Origin: Stegostoma tigrinum
Lineage: Eukaryota
NCBI RefSeq assembly: GCF_030684315.1
Contig: NC_081383.1
Span: 19,451,942-19,515,941 of the forward strand
Direction: 5' to 3'
Length of the DNA stretch: 64,000 nucleotides
Below are positions 11,890 to 25,050 of the stretch, in pieces; position 1 is the stretch's first letter, and every line of letters begins with the position of its first letter. The position numbers and the translations under genes are program-made. The notes under the pieces were generated by a model, which was not told the origin of the DNA, did no database searches, and saw only the letters and a program-made list of their open reading frames with translations.

Positions 11890-12429
11890 GTATTTTTTTG
11901 AGCCTTGAGTGTCACAGTGGGTGAGTGTAGCAAAGTACTTGTAACTTTTGCAGAAATATATGGGTTTTATTGCCAGTTAATTATAAACTTTTGTATTTCG
12001 CTAAACATTCCATGGTTTAGGAATATGAAATGTGGAAAACAGTTTTTGAAGTTTTTAGTAATTATGCAGGGTGAACTGTTAAAGAATAATGAAACGCTGA
12101 ATTATCACCAAACTAAATAACTTGAGAGTTGCCCATTAGCTCCCTAACTCCTTTTAAATTGTGCCTCCTGCTGGTCAAGCAAGTCTACTGAAATGTACTT
12201 ATTAAGAAATTGCCATTTTTAATACTCACAAATGTGTTGTATGCAGTCTCCATATTCAATCAATGAAATTAGTTTGTGTGGAAGTAAGGAATAGCAACTG
12301 AAAGAAATCATGGATGGAAATGTCTGAAAGTTCTTGAAGAGTTGCCTCACTGCAGGACAAAATATAAATTGGACATAATGGAAATGTGTATGAAGGGAAC
12401 CCAATTGAAATGGGTGATTTTACTCTGCA

Positions 12430-14931
12430 TGTTCACAGGACAAATCAAGTGCACAGAAGTCATGTAGAAGACAAATTTGTAGAGTGCACCAGGGATTGTT
12501 TCTTAGAGGAGTACATTGCAGATTCTACTCTGGAACAGACTATTTTATATCCTTAATGTGTAAAGAGGTAGGAGTAATCTCCTGGCTAAGCGTGCTCTAG
12601 GGAGTGATGAAACAATATGTTAGTATTTCAAATTTGGTTTGGGGAGAAACAACTTGGGTATCAAACCAGCATCTTCAACATAAATAAGGGAAATTACAAA
12701 GGAACCAAGAAAGAATCAGCTAAAGTGGGCTGGGAGAATAGACTAAGGAAGGGTCTGAAGATGAGTAGTGGCAAAATGTGTAAGGGGATATTTTGCCATG
12801 CTCAGAAAAAATATAATTCTCATCAAAAAGAAGGACTCAATGAGAAGAATGAACACCCATAGTTAGGGATAATATTCAATCAAAAACTAAGGCATAACAG
12901 GTTGCATAAACTGATGGGAGGCCAGAGCATTGGGATTTTTTTAGGAATCAGCAGCAGATAACTAAAAAGCTACTAACAAGGGAAACATTGATAATGAAAG
13001 TAAATTCACAAGAAAATATATTTTTAAAAAGCAGCAAGAGCTTCTATACATGTATAAAAGAGAGTAGCAAAAATGAATGTGGGACCTTTGGAGAATGCAA
13101 CTGAGGAATTGATTATAGAAAACAGGGAAATGTGGATAATTTAAACAAACATTTTGCACCATATTACATTAACATTTTCATGTTGAAGGACACTATAAAT
13201 ATGTCAAAGAAAAAGAAGGTGCTAATAGGAGGGAACAGTCTTCTAACAGTCTCTATGATGAGGGACAAAGTATTTGTTAGCCTAATAGATTGAAAGCAGA
13301 CAAGTTGTCAGCACCCAGTGACCTGCATCCAAGGATTTTAAAAGAAGTTGCTGCGGTGGTAGTGGAGGCATTGGTCAAAATATTCAAGAGCTCTCTGGAA
13401 TCTAGGAGAGTTCTAGCAGATTGGAAATCTACTAATGTGTTGCACCTGTTCAAGAAGGAAGGGAGACAGAAACCAGTTGGGCTAACATCTATCATTGCTA
13501 GAGTTCATTATTAGGGAAGAAATTGGACATTTAGAAAAGCCTGATGCAGTCACACAGAGACATCGTGGTTTTCTGAAGGGGAAATCATGTTTGACAAATT
13601 TGCTCAAGTTTTTTGATCATGTAACAATAGATTTGATAAATGGATCAAGCAAAAATCATGTATTTTAGTTTCCAGAAGGCATTTCATAAAGTGCCACATA
13701 AAAGATTATTGCACAAGATTGGAGGTCACGGTATTTTAGATAATGCACAAGCATGGATTGAACAAAAACAAGTTGGTGGAAAAGCTGAGCAGGTCTGGCA
13801 GCATCTGTGAAGGTAAAAAACAGAGGGTAATCTGTCGGATCTGGAGACCCTTCCTCAGAACCATCATCCATGTTGATACATTGATTCTTAATGGATTGAA
13901 GGTTGGTTAACACATGGAAGACAGAGAGTCAGGATTAATTGAATTTTTTCATATTGGAAAGGTATAACTGGAAGAGTGCCACAAGGATAAATCTTAGGGC
14001 CTCACTTTATTTACTATCTTTGTTGATAACTTGGAGGAAGGGCAGAATGTAATATATCCAAATTTGATAATGATCCAAAACTAGGTGGGAGGGCAGGGTG
14101 CAATGAGGGCATAAGGAATCTGCAGGAGAATATAGATTGGTTGAGTGAATGGGCAAAAACTTGACAGATGGATTTAATGTGGGGAAAATGTGAGTTTATG
14201 TGCTTTGGTAAGCTGAATCAAAAGAGACTACATAAAAGTGCAGCACAGGGATTTAGGTGTTCTTGTGCATGAAACTCAAAAGGTTAGCATGCCGTTGCAG
14301 CAGGTAAATAAGATGACAAACAGAATGATGGCTTTTATTGCTAGAGGGTTGGAATTTAAAAATAGATAAATCTTGTTACAACTGCATTGAGTGTTCATGA
14401 GGTTGCATCTGGAGAATGGGGTGCAGTTTGGTCCCTGTTTTTAAGAATCGATGTATTGACGTAGATAATGGTGCAAAGAAACACACTAGACTGACTGTTG
14501 GGATGAAGAGGCTTACTTTTCAAAAATGACTAAACAGATTAGGTGTTTATTCATTAGAGTTTATAGGAATTAGGTGACGGTCTTAATAGGTTAGATGTTA
14601 CGATGATGTCATCATTAGTGGGGGAATCTCAATCTAGGCTACATAGTTACTGAATAAGGGGCCTTTCATCTATAACTGAAATGGAAAAAATTTATTTTCG
14701 CTAGCTGGTGAATGTGTGGAATTTTCTGTCAGTGTATGTATAGAGGTTAGGTCACTGAAAGTATTTGAAAAGGAAGCAGATAGATTATTGAAATATTGAG
14801 GAGTTTAGAACTAGGATGAGCTAGCATGGTAGAGGAGTCAAGGCTTGTGGCAGATCAGCCATGATCTTGTAGAATTATGGCACAGGTTTCAGGAGCTGAA
14901 TTAACTGTTCCTGCTCCTATTTCTTATGTTC
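12430..14931 (+). mobile_element. 5'-truncated, decayed CR1 LINE (ORF2: endonuclease end, RT, 3' tail), interrupted by a mini-element
   Basis: LHPRILKEVA, ADWK..NV..LFKK.GR, HGFLKGKSCLTNL, FQKAF.KVPH and ISKFD.D.KLGG; tail tcctgctcctatttcttatgttc. Confidence 0.9.
13763..13890 (-). mobile_element. Family B mini-element nested in CR1, 10-bp TSD
   Basis: TSD ATGGATTGAA at 13753-13762 and 13891-13900. Minus strand reads TTCTGAGGAAGGGTCTCCAGATCCGACA (decayed hammerhead). Confidence 0.75.
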
Positions 14932-15145
14932 AATCTGGAAATTTCTGGTACAACTGAGAAGTTTTGATATTGGGGAGATCTCGTGGTAAAAAAGACACAA
15001 TCGTTAAGATTCACGGTGAAAATTGCCATGTAAGTTACCTCACTGTTTATCCCAGTAAGAGAAGAAAATTGCTGTGGTCTGTTTTAGAGGACTTTATTTT
15101 AAATAAACTGACAAAGATGCATCGAAGTTTTAACTTTTTTTGTAG

Positions 15146-15195
15146 TGACCAAACAGAGGGATGCAGAAGTGGGACAACAAAGTCTTCTGTTTCAG
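15146..15195 (+). CDS. SF3A2: SF3A2 coding exon 5
   Basis: (V)TKQRDAEVGQQSLLFQ; phase 1-0. Confidence 0.97.
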
Positions 15196-16209
15196 GTAAT
15201 GTACACTACTGCTCTATGTACATCGATTATAATGGTTGGATTTGAACCCATGATGTTGGTCTGGGACACTGGATTACCAGTCCTTTGATTTTGCCACTAT
15301 GTTGCCACTCCCTTGGCAAACCTTTTCATTTTGGTGTTTTAACACTAGACATTGTCGTGCGTTCAGCATTCGAGCCACATCTTTGGTTGAACCAGCTTGT
15401 AACCTTTATCTTTCCAATTTTACGTTAGATGTAATTAAACTTGTGGGTCAAACAGTGAACTAGAATACCTGCTGTGCTTCACAGTAATTCCCTTAATTTT
15501 CATTTGTAGAAAAATGTATGCTTTTAGATTGCTTTTTGCTGTAAAGCACTGAAGAAATCTATTCAGCATAGACCAGGCAGTTGAACCATGCTCAAAACAG
15601 TCCATATATTTGCAGTTATAATAACCTTTAGCAATTTCATCAGTGTCAAAAGCAGTTTCACCTGTAATGAATCTTGAAACATGGTGAGCAAGGTATCTGG
15701 TAGCACAAAGACCTCTGACTTATCATATAAATTGTCATGCATTTTGCTTTTGTCACCAAAAATGACTTTCCAGACTTCTTTGAAGCTATCTCAGCAAAAA
15801 AAGATTTATTCCCTTAACTACCTCAGACTTTCAGCTCCATGGGATACTTAATAGTGAATGTAACCAAAGATACATTGATCAAACCAGCATTCTGAATGGT
15901 CTGATTCAAGTACCCATTAAAATACAGTGGTAGCAGTTGCTCCACATATATCTGTGATGTGTTCTGTCTGTAGTCCATAAAGGTAGTCAAAAGGAAACAA
16001 TTTTAACCTGTGACTGCAATGACTAGTAAGGAAGAATCCAAACGTGTTTTCCCCATACAATTGCTGGGGTATTGATGTTAATCTTAAGCACATACCAGGT
16101 TAAGTAGCTAACTTTATATCCTCCACCAACGTATATAGTAGCTTACGCTAGCTGATTGTATCTTTGTCTAATGGTTTATTTGTTAAAAATAACCATTTTT
16201 ATCTCTTAG

Positions 16210-16350
16210 ATTGATTATCCTGAAATTGCAGAAGGTGTAATCCCACGCCACCGGTTTATGTCTGCATATGAGCAGCGAATTGAACCACCTGACAGGCGTT
16301 GGCAGTACCTGTTGTTTGCAGCAGAGCCATATGAAACCATTTCTTTTAAG
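16210..16350 (+). CDS. SF3A2: SF3A2 coding exon 6
   Basis: IDYPEIAEGVIPRHRFMSAYEQRIEPPDRRWQYLLFAAEPYETISFK; phase 0-0. Confidence 0.98.
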
Positions 16351-16689
16351 GTATTGTACACACATAGATTGTTGTGCTACCTGGAGAGTCGGATAAATTT
16401 GTTTGCTATGACAGACAAAATCTGATGCTGTTTCCACACACGTGCTATTCCTGATCATTCAAACCGGGCTTCTTACAATGGGAATCTGAATTATTTAATG
16501 ACCTTGTTGATTTAAAGTACACATTGGAGATTTGAGACTTAAAAGCTGCATTATTATGTAATTTGAGTTAGGTGATTTTGAATTAGCAAGAGTAGGTTAT
16601 AGAGTTACCAACATGCATGCTGTTCTATGTCAAGAATGTATAATAAGGATGATGTAAAATTAAGTGCTAGTACTAGTTTAGTTACATAT

Positions 16690-16910
16690 AGGTAAAGTAT
16701 CACAATCCCAGAGGACCATAGGGCTGCACTCTCATTAGAGAGAAGTGACTGGGGGTGGTTTAATCTGAGGTCACCACCCCTCAGGCGAGGATGAGATTGA
16801 GAAGGTGAGACCTTCCAAATCAGCTGGTTTTGGAAATGAACCCATGCTGTTGTTGTCACTCTGCATTGCAGCAACTGCAGGTGTCCTGCCACTGTACTAG
16901 CTGATCCTTA
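16690..16910 (-). mobile_element. Probable SINE
   Basis: GC-richer block in an AT-rich intron. Minus-strand head has A/B-box-like GCTAGTACAGTGG and GGGTTCATTTCC. A related decayed copy lies at ~33040-33160. Confidence 0.45.
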
Positions 16911-17344
16911 GCTTACGTATATAAACTATGCCGTTGAATTTTGCAGGGTAACAGGAATCACTTCAATCCGCTTTTATTTATGATGTTTTGTGGGATAGAA
17001 GTGTTGGTGATCATGGATGGTTAGTGAGAGGAAACAAAACAAACAGGGAATTTTTTAATATTATTGATGGAAACCTTTTACAAAATGGAAAGACGAAGAT
17101 AAGGAAAAAAAACAATTTTTTTATGGATTTCTGAGCAAATGGACCAGATTTTATAATAGTGCTTGGACAAATTTCTCGCATTTTAATTTATTGTTGAAAA
17201 GATGTTTAAAGTGAATGTTATGCATGTCTTGTACTCTGCATATTTAGTTTGGATTATTAAGGGAAGTAGATGGAATATTGAAACATCTATCGGAGATTGA
17301 ATGTACTCAACAAACTATCATATCACATCTTTAACTGCATATAG

Positions 17345-17413
17345 GTGCCAAGTAGAGAAATTGATAAAGTTGAGGGGAAGTTTTGGACCCACTGGAATAG
17401 AGAAACGAAACAG
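17345..17413 (+). CDS. SF3A2: SF3A2 coding exon 7
   Basis: VPSREIDKVEGKFWTHWNRETKQ; phase 0-0. Confidence 0.98.
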
Positions 17414-18006
17414 GTAATCTAAAGTTTATTTCACATTTTTGCTTTACATCAAACAGAAAGTAGACAACGTGTACATTCTTTCATTATAACTAGCTTCTGT
17501 CTGCAATGCAATTCTGCTTTTGTTTTAAGATTTCCAGATAGTGGAATCCTTTAAAATCCCTGCAAGAGAATACATAGCAACACAGTGGAGCTCTCTTATC
17601 CTCATAAAATAAGTACAGATGGAGAAAGTTTTGGTACATTTAATTCAAAACTGCATTTGCTGCCATTGCAATTTCACACTCACTGCTCACTCAGTGCTTA
17701 GGACTGCAATGAGACCATGGTAGCCGCATACATCAAAAAAAGTGTTTTTCGACAACTGTTGGATCACTGCCCTGTCCCAGTCCTTGAACACTTGTTGATT
17801 CATTCACTACCCTCCACCCTAAGTGAAGCAACAAACAAGTGAGAATGCAGCAGTGGGTGAGGCAGAGAGCAGGGTTTTGAGCAAGCGGCAGCAACAACAG
17901 GTGCCTATCGCTGGCATCAATGGCACCAACCTCCTGTTCAAGTGAGATGGGGGCACACAAAGATGATGCCAGGGCACTGATTTACTGGCAGGCGATGGTG
18001 TCATTG

Positions 18007-18590
18007 AGCCATAGAGCTGTACAGCATGGAGACAGACCCTTCAGTCCAACCCATCCATGCGGACCAGATATTCTAAAATAATCTAGTCCCATTTCCCAGC
18101 ATTTTCCACTTATCCCTGTAAATCCATACTATTCGTATACCCATTCAGATGCCTTTCAACTGTTGTAATTGTACCTGCCTGGACTACTTTCTGTGACAAC
18201 TTCTTCTGTATATCCACCCCCCAAACGTGAAAAAGGGACCTAAGGGGCAACTTCTAAATGTTTCTCCTCTCATTTAATACCTATACCATCTAGTTTTGGG
18301 ATCCCCTACCCTGGGGATACGACCTTAGCTCTTCACCCTAAATATGTCTCTCATAATTAGATAAATCTCTTATAAGGTCATCCCTCTGCCTCTGAGGCTC
18401 CGGGGGAAAATAGCCCCAAACTGTTCTGCCTCTCCGTATAACTCAAACCTTCCAGCCCTGACAACATGCTTGTAAATCTTTTCTGATCCTTTCAAGATGC
18501 ACAACATCCTTCCTACAGCAGGGAGAACAGAATTGCATTTAGTATTCCAAAAGTGCCCTAACCAATATCCTGTAGTGTGCAACATGACTT
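18007..18590 (-). mobile_element. CR1-type LINE 3' fragment
   Basis: Similar to the reverse complement of 38560-39435 and to 61400-62490. Confidence 0.8.
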
Positions 18591-20969
18591 CCGACATTGG
18601 TTGGATTATCCTCCCAGAATATCCATTTGTATCTCTTGTACTTGCATCATCGAGCACTTTAACATCATCACACCTCCAGTTGTGATACCCCATGTGAAGA
18701 AATAGCTTTTCGGGCTTGATCATATTGAATGGTACAGTAAGCATGAATGGCCTATTCTTGATCCTATTTTCTATGTTTCTTTACCACTGGGCTCCTACAA
18801 TACATAACAATCTGAAAGTAACACTGCCTATTTCATTTAGTGTCTTGTATACTTAAAGAAGATGTTTTCACACTCTGCTTTATTCATTAATTATAGTCAT
18901 TTCCTCTAATTTAGGATCAGCCTGTGCTTTCTTGTGAACCATCTGTAGGGCTTGAGTCCTAGTCACTTTTATTCTGTGGCCAAAACTCTGCAGAATACTT
19001 CAAGTGCAGATTGTTCAAAACATTGCATATTTTTAGTGTAACTTATGTGAATTTGATCTAAAATGTTTAACAGTAGAATTGAACGTCCTGTTTACTTTGT
19101 TTACTGCCAGCTCACATTGTTGAATATGTTGAGCATTGCTTATTGTAGTGGATCTCGTTCAGCTTCTTATTTACTTTGATCTAATCCACCTTTTGGGGGC
19201 CTGATTTTCAGATACTATTGGAATTTTATCTTGAATGTTTGATTGTAGTTCTGGAATATGTCCATCTGTATTGATATTCAGAGCTCCAGGTACAGATTTG
19301 ATGACAAAGAATCATAGAATAGTTAGAGCACGGAAGGAGCCCATTCAGCCTGTGAAATCCAGGCCACCTGTCTGCAAAAACAATTTAGCTACTTCCGTAC
19401 ACCAGCCTTTCCCTTTACCTCTGCAACTTATTTCTTTCATGTCTTTCTCCGATTCTGTTGTGAAATTGAATTTGCCTCCACTGCATTGTGAGGAAGTAGC
19501 TATTTGCTGTCAATTGCTTTGTTAGTGGCCCTGTTTCTCAACTTTTGTCAATAGGAGGCATTGCTCCTTTTCTCTTGCTCTCTGTCTGTCTCTCTCTCTC
19601 GCCCTCTTTCCCCAACCCCGTCAAGATGCCTTGTGATTTTGAATCTCTGTCAAATTTGCTTCGACCTATTTTAAGGAGAACATCCTCACCTTTTCTAATC
19701 TATCCATGTTAGTTATCCCTAAAATAATTCTTGTAAATTGCCCTCCCTGAAGCCTTCAGATCCATCTTAAAGTACATTGCCCAGAACTCAATATGATACT
19801 TAAGTTGACAATAAAACTGTTTATGAAGGTTTGCCAATGGCTATTTTTTGCGTACCCTATAGATCCATCTATAAGGTCCAGCATCCTTGATACCTTTTTA
19901 GCAATTTTCTTGACCTTTACGGCCAACTTCAATGCTTTTGGACCTCAGTTCTCTCTGCCACTATATCCCCTTTCGAATTGTGCCCTTCATTTTACATTGC
20001 CTCTCTTCATTTTGATAGGAAGAATGAGTCGTTACTGTTCCTGGGAGGACCACTGTACAGACTCCTCCATACCAAAAAAACAGCCATACTCTGTGTCCCG
20101 ACATACACCCAACTGCTGCTCTGAGCTGCCATATGTTTTTTATATAGGAAGGTAGGCTAAAGTGGGACCAGAAAATTGCTGTTTACTGTATTTTTTTTTA
20201 AATGAAGGTTTGTGGACAGAGAGATAGCCAGACAAAAGTCCTAAGAGCATAAAAGGGTCCAAAAGCCTTCCAACTTGATGTCAATTCAGCCAAGACTTAA
20301 GTGGCAAATGGCTGAGAAATAATGGCCACAAATGAGGGTGAGGAAAAATATCGAAGTATACACATGAATAGTGGAAGCAGATTCAGCAATAACTTTTAAA
20401 ACAAAACTATGTTTAAAGGGGAAAAGTATGCAGGGCTATGGAGAAAAACATGGAAGGTTGGATCTAATTGGATAGCTCGTCAAACTGCAGTTCAGACACG
20501 ATGACCAAAATTGTCACCTGCTGTGCTAAATGGTTTTGTGATTCCTGCCGGGTCAGTAGCAAAGCATTGTAAATTTAAAGGAAAACATAGTGTGCATATT
20601 GAGGATAGTTTTTTTTGATCTTCATTATGGCTCACACGTGGTTGTTCTTAAGACATAACCATGAGAAATGCAGCAATCTTGATTCTATCACATCCGGGTT
20701 AACCATGTGTTGTATGTCTGTTTGGAGACGAAATGCATAGGGGTTCTGTTGTAATAATAAAAGTGATACATGTTGCCATCTTGAGGTATGTTACAGTTTT
20801 AATAGCATGCTTGTCACATGCATTCATTTCTGTGGAAAATATGGTTAAAAATAACACACATACATATTCGTAACCAAATGTTCACAGATTTATTTGATCA
20901 CTTGCAAAATCTAGCTTCAGGGCCTTCATACAAAGATAATGTGCCACAATTAGTTTGACCATCTTAAGT

Positions 20970-21071
20970 AAAAATAATGTGTGTTGGAGAAACTCAGTAG
21001 GCCTGGGAGCATCTGCAGAGCGAGAAGCAAAAATAATGCTTTGAGTCCAATTTAACTTTTCTTCAGAACTG
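20970..21071 (-). mobile_element. Decayed family B-related mini-element
   Basis: Minus strand reads CAGTTCTGAAGAAAAAG...GGACTCAAAGCATT...GATGCT...CTGAGTTTCTCCAAC. Confidence 0.55.
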
Positions 21072-21101
21072 TTTGACCTCCTATTTCTCCCCCCCCCCCA
21101 G

Positions 21102-22049
21102 TTTTTTCTTCAGTTCCATTTCAAGATGGAAAAACCGTTGCAACCACCGACCTTACCAATTGGACCACCTGGGATAAAGAACAGACCACCACCACCACCA
21201 CTTATGAATGGTGTGCCAGCAAGAGCTCCCATGCCACCAGATGCCCTTCCGCCTCCAAGACCAGCAGGCATGCCCATGCCACCGATGCCACCAGCTGGCC
21301 CAGTGCCACCTGGTCCACCACAGCTTCCTCCGGCTCCGCAGGGACCACCACCAACTCCGCAGGGACCACCACCAACACCACAAGGTCCTCCGCCGACTCC
21401 TCAAGGTCTCCCTCCAGCCCCGCAGGGTCCTCCACCAGCTCCACAGGGTCCACCTCCAACCCCGCAAGGTCCGCCGCCGCCAACCCCGCAGGGCCTCCCG
21501 CCGCCGCCAACCCCGCAGGGCCTCCCGCCGCCGCCAACCCCGCAGGGCCTCCCGCCGCCGCCAACCCCGCAGGGCCTCCCTCCGCCGCCAACCCCGCAGG
21601 GCCTCCCTCCGCCGCCAACCCCGCAGGGCCTCCCACCGCCGCCAACCCCGCAGGGCCTCCCTCCGCCGCCAACCCCGCAGGGCCTCCCGCCGCCGCCAAC
21701 CCCGCAGGGCCTCCCTCCGCCGCCAACCCCGCAGGGCCTCCCGCCGCCGCCAACCCCGCAGGGCCTCCCGCCGCCGCCAACCCCGCAGGGCCTCCCGCCG
21801 CCGCCAACCCCGCAGGGCCTCCCGCCGCCGCCAACCCCGCAGGGCCTCCCGCCGCCGCCAACCCCGCAGGGCCTCCCGCCGCCGCCAACCCCGCAGGGCC
21901 TCCCGCCGCCGCCAACCCCGCAGGGGCCTCCCCCTGCTTCAGTTCCACCTATGATTAGGCCTCCACTTCCCAGTGATTCTGCACCAGTATCTGCACCTCC
22001 TACACCTCTGCCACCACCAGGTGTTCCTCCTCCTCCTCCTACTAATTGA
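21102..22049 (+). CDS. SF3A2: SF3A2 last coding exon, proline-rich repeat tail
   Basis: cag acceptor after a poly-C tract; FFLQFHFKMEKP... in frame with the 21126 ORF; ends PPPPPTN-TGA. Total CDS 1563 nt = 520 aa. Confidence 0.97.
   Translation, partial: FFLQFHFKMEKPLQPPTLPIGPPGIKNRPPPPPLMNGVPARAPMPPDALPPPRPAGMPMPPMPPAGPVPPGPPQLPPAPQGPPPTPQGPPPTPQGPPPTPQGLPPAPQGPPPAPQGPPPTPQGPPPPTPQGLPPPPTPQGLPPPPTPQGLPPPPTPQGLPPPPTPQGLPPPPTPQGLPPPPTPQGLPPPPTPQGLPPPPTPQGLPPPPTPQGLPPPPTPQGLPPPPTPQGLPPPPTPQGLPPPPTPQGLPPPPTPQGLPPPPTPQGLPPPPTPQGPPPASVPPMIRPPLPSDSAPVSAPPTPLPPPGVPPPPPTN
21324..21929 (+). repeat. Coding minisatellite: 7 x 21-bp diverged units (21324-21470) then 17 x 27-bp near-identical units (21471-21929)
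   Basis: 27-bp unit ccgccgccgccaaccccgcagggcctc = PPPPTPQGL; heptads are (P/L)PP(A/T)PQG. Confidence 0.97.
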
Positions 22050-22174
22050 CCTTTGTTTTAGAGAATTTTGTGTTTTCGACATAAGGCAATTTTTGTAGAA
22101 AATAAGTTTCCTTGTAATTTTGGTGTAGCTGTATTTCTTTCAGTTGTATGGTACTTTCCTGTACATCATTTTCC

Positions 22175-22180
22175 ATTAAA
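22175..22180 (+). terminator. Candidate SF3A2 polyadenylation signal (ATTAAA)
   Basis: First canonical-variant hexamer, ~125 nt after the stop codon, followed by T-rich sequence. Confidence 0.5.
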
Positions 22181-22845
22181 AACATTTTCCAACGTTTTTA
22201 AATGTGAGCCTGTTCTTTTTTTACATTCACATTTCATTCAGCGAGTACAATTTAATTTTTACTGCTCAACTAAAACTTTAATATATTAATTTTTGAAAAA
22301 AATGTCCAAGTTAAAAGGCTAAAACAATTAATCATTGACAACTTGATATCTGCAAATATTGTCACTGTTGAAGAAAGGAAACATACTGAACGTCAGGACT
22401 TGGGTATTCTCAGTTCTTGAGAACTTCAAGAAATTTAAATTCCAGTTACCTTTACCTTCCTGTCTGTATTAGACACCTTCTCTCCTTTTCAAGCTTATTA
22501 CCATGTTTGATGTCTCATTTTTTGTTTCCTACATGCAAACACTAACAGCACAGTGGAGAAACAAATTATTCAAAAATTGTTATGAGAAAAGCACTGTAAG
22601 GAGAAAAGGTTTTCATGAGTTTCTACCATTTAAAACTGTTAATGTTATTGCTTTCGTACAGAAGTATGAAATAATTTGTGAAGCGCTGCAAGCCCTGTTC
22701 CTTGGAAGATTTAAAGTGCAATTTGAGGTGAGGTTTCACCCAAAAGCCAGTAGAACAGAAGTTGCAAAACAAGTGGCAACATAGTTGCAGCTAGAAGCTA
22801 AAGGCAATGAAACAGATAAAATTGGATTGGCTAAAAGAACAACTT

Positions 22846-23490
22846 AGGGTCGAGAGAGTCAAGTTCTCAGGAGTGATGGTCACCAGTAATCTGCCCTGGT
22901 CCACCCGTGTCGATGCTATGATCAAGAAAGCACAACACTGCTACTTCCTCAGAAGGCTAAAGAAATTTGGCATATTCATCAAGATTGTTACCAATTTCTT
23001 AGATGCACCATAGAAAGCGTTCTATCCAGGTGCATTACAGCTCAGTATGGCAGTTGCTCTGCCCAGGACCATAAGGAACTACAGAGCGTTATGAACACAG
23101 CCTATTCTACCATGTGAGCCAACCTTCCATCCATTGACTCCGTTTGTACTTGCTGCCTCGGAAAGGCCACCAACATAATCAAAGACTCCTCCCACCCTGG
23201 TTTCAATCTCTTCCAACCTCTCCCTAATGGCCAGAAGGTACAAAAGGTTAAACACCCGTACCAACAGATTCGAAAGCAGCCTTATCCCTGCTATTATCAA
23301 ACTTCTGAATGGACCTTTTAACTTAAATGTTAATCTTGCTCTTTGTGTGCCTTCCCTGCAGCTGTAATGTTGTATCTTTCATTCCATTGTATTGATCGAA
23401 TGCACTCTGAATGGTATGATCTGCCTGTACTGCATGCAAAACAAAGTTTTTCACTGTACCTAGGTACACATGACAATAATAAACTGAAGC
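22846..23490 (+). mobile_element. Rex1/Babar-like LINE 3' fragment
   Basis: VKF.GV..TSNL.WST.VDAMIKKAQ..YFLRRLKKFG followed by RCTIESVL..CITA.YG.CSAQD.K.LQ.V; tail ending acaataataaac. Confidence 0.8.
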
Positions 23491-23876
23491 AAATCAAGAA
23501 ATAGGAAATAATTACAGGAAAAAGAAAAAAAGTTTAAATTCATGTATCTTGAACTGAGAAGGAAGACTAAGGGCCAATCTGGTGAGCAAACCACACCTGA
23601 CTCAGACGTGAGGGCTAAAGATTTCAAGTTTGCCAGTTTTATCCTTGAGTTTGATAAGCTGTAGGTGAACACCTTATTTATCTTGCCTGAAAGGTTATAG
23701 CTGTATACTGTTGGACACTGCTGTTGCAGAGATGGCTGATGGGGATAGCTCACAAAATTTTTTCTGAGAAGATTGCCACTGTTTATGAAGCTGCAAAAGG
23801 AGCTTTTTTTAATTGCAAACCAGTTAGTAATGGGGAATTAGTTAAGACTGGAGTAGTACTGGGAAATAGTACAGCC

Positions 23877-25050
23877 AAAGTCCATAGGTGTAGGAGCAGA
23901 CATAGGCTCTTCAGCCTGCCAGGCGTACTCTGCGATTCATTGAGATCATGGTTGATCAGACAATCTTCAATTCAACTTTTTTGCTTTTCCCTAAACCCTT
24001 GATTTCCTAACTGATTAAAAATCTGTTTATCTCAGCTTTGAATATACTTAATGACCTTGTTTCTACAGCCTGGTGCAGTAAAGAATCTCTCATTCATATT
24101 CCCGAGAGAAGAAATTCAAAATATGCAATCCCTTATGCTGTCTGGCCCTTGGACTCTTCTACAAGGGGCAACAACCTTTCTGCATCTAAACTGAGGAGTC
24201 CCTTAAGAATCTTGTCTGTTTCAATAGGGTTACCAGTCAGTCTTCTGAATTCCAATAAGTACAGCCCAACCCACTCTGTCTCCTATTAGACAGTCTCTTC
24301 ATAGTTGGTGTTAGCGAAATGAATTTTATATGGACTGCCTGCAATGTTGGTATGTCTTTCTTCAGAGGTAAGGCCAACAATGTTCATAGTATTCCAGCTG
24401 TGATCTGACAAATGGTTTTGATAAGTTTTGTTTCATTTACCACTCCATTTGACATAAAGGCCTATGTTCCATTTAACTTCCCTACCGCTGAACTTCTTGT
24501 GCCTCATGGATGAGGACATCCAAACCCCAATGTTCTGGAGCTTTCTGCAGTCCTTCTCCAATTATAAAGTATTCATTTCCTGTATTCTTCCTGCCAAGGT
24601 ACATTACCTCATATGATATTCCACCTTCCAAGTTTTTGGCCATCTGCGTAACCGGTTTAAATCGCTCTGCAGACTCACCAGTTACCTTGTCACCTATTTT
24701 TCTGTCTTCTGCAAAACACTGTCAATAGTACATTTACTTGCCTCATATAAGTAATTGATATATATTGTAAATAACTCTGGCCTCAGCACTGATCCCTGTG
24801 GCTGTCCGTAAGTTACAGCTTGCTATCCTGAAGATGCCCCCTTGTTCCGACTCTTATCTTCTATTAGTTAACCAAACGTCTATACATGCTAAGGTTCTAT
24901 CTCCAATAGCCTGGGCTGTTTAGCTTATATGGTGCCTTATAGAATGTACTGTAAAGATCCAAGCATGTAACATCAACTGCTTCTCTTATTCTGCTTGTTG
25001 CCTCCTCAAAGAATTATTTTAAATTTGTCAATTGTGATTTTCCCTTAATT
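23877..25050 (-). mobile_element. CR1-type LINE 3' fragment
   Basis: CR1 3' end in reverse orientation at 23880; decayed SGQPQGSVLRPELFTIYIN.L and FAED.KIG motifs on the minus strand. Confidence 0.8.

Noticed and set aside
21471-21929. 27-bp repeats as a CRISPR array
   Set aside because: There are no spacers; the units are contiguous, in frame within a eukaryotic exon, and no cas genes are present.
21153-21954. Overlapping 248-aa ORFs (Ala/Gly-rich antisense, Arg-rich alternative frame)
   Set aside because: These are by-products of a stop-free GC-rich repeat whose unit length is a multiple of 3.
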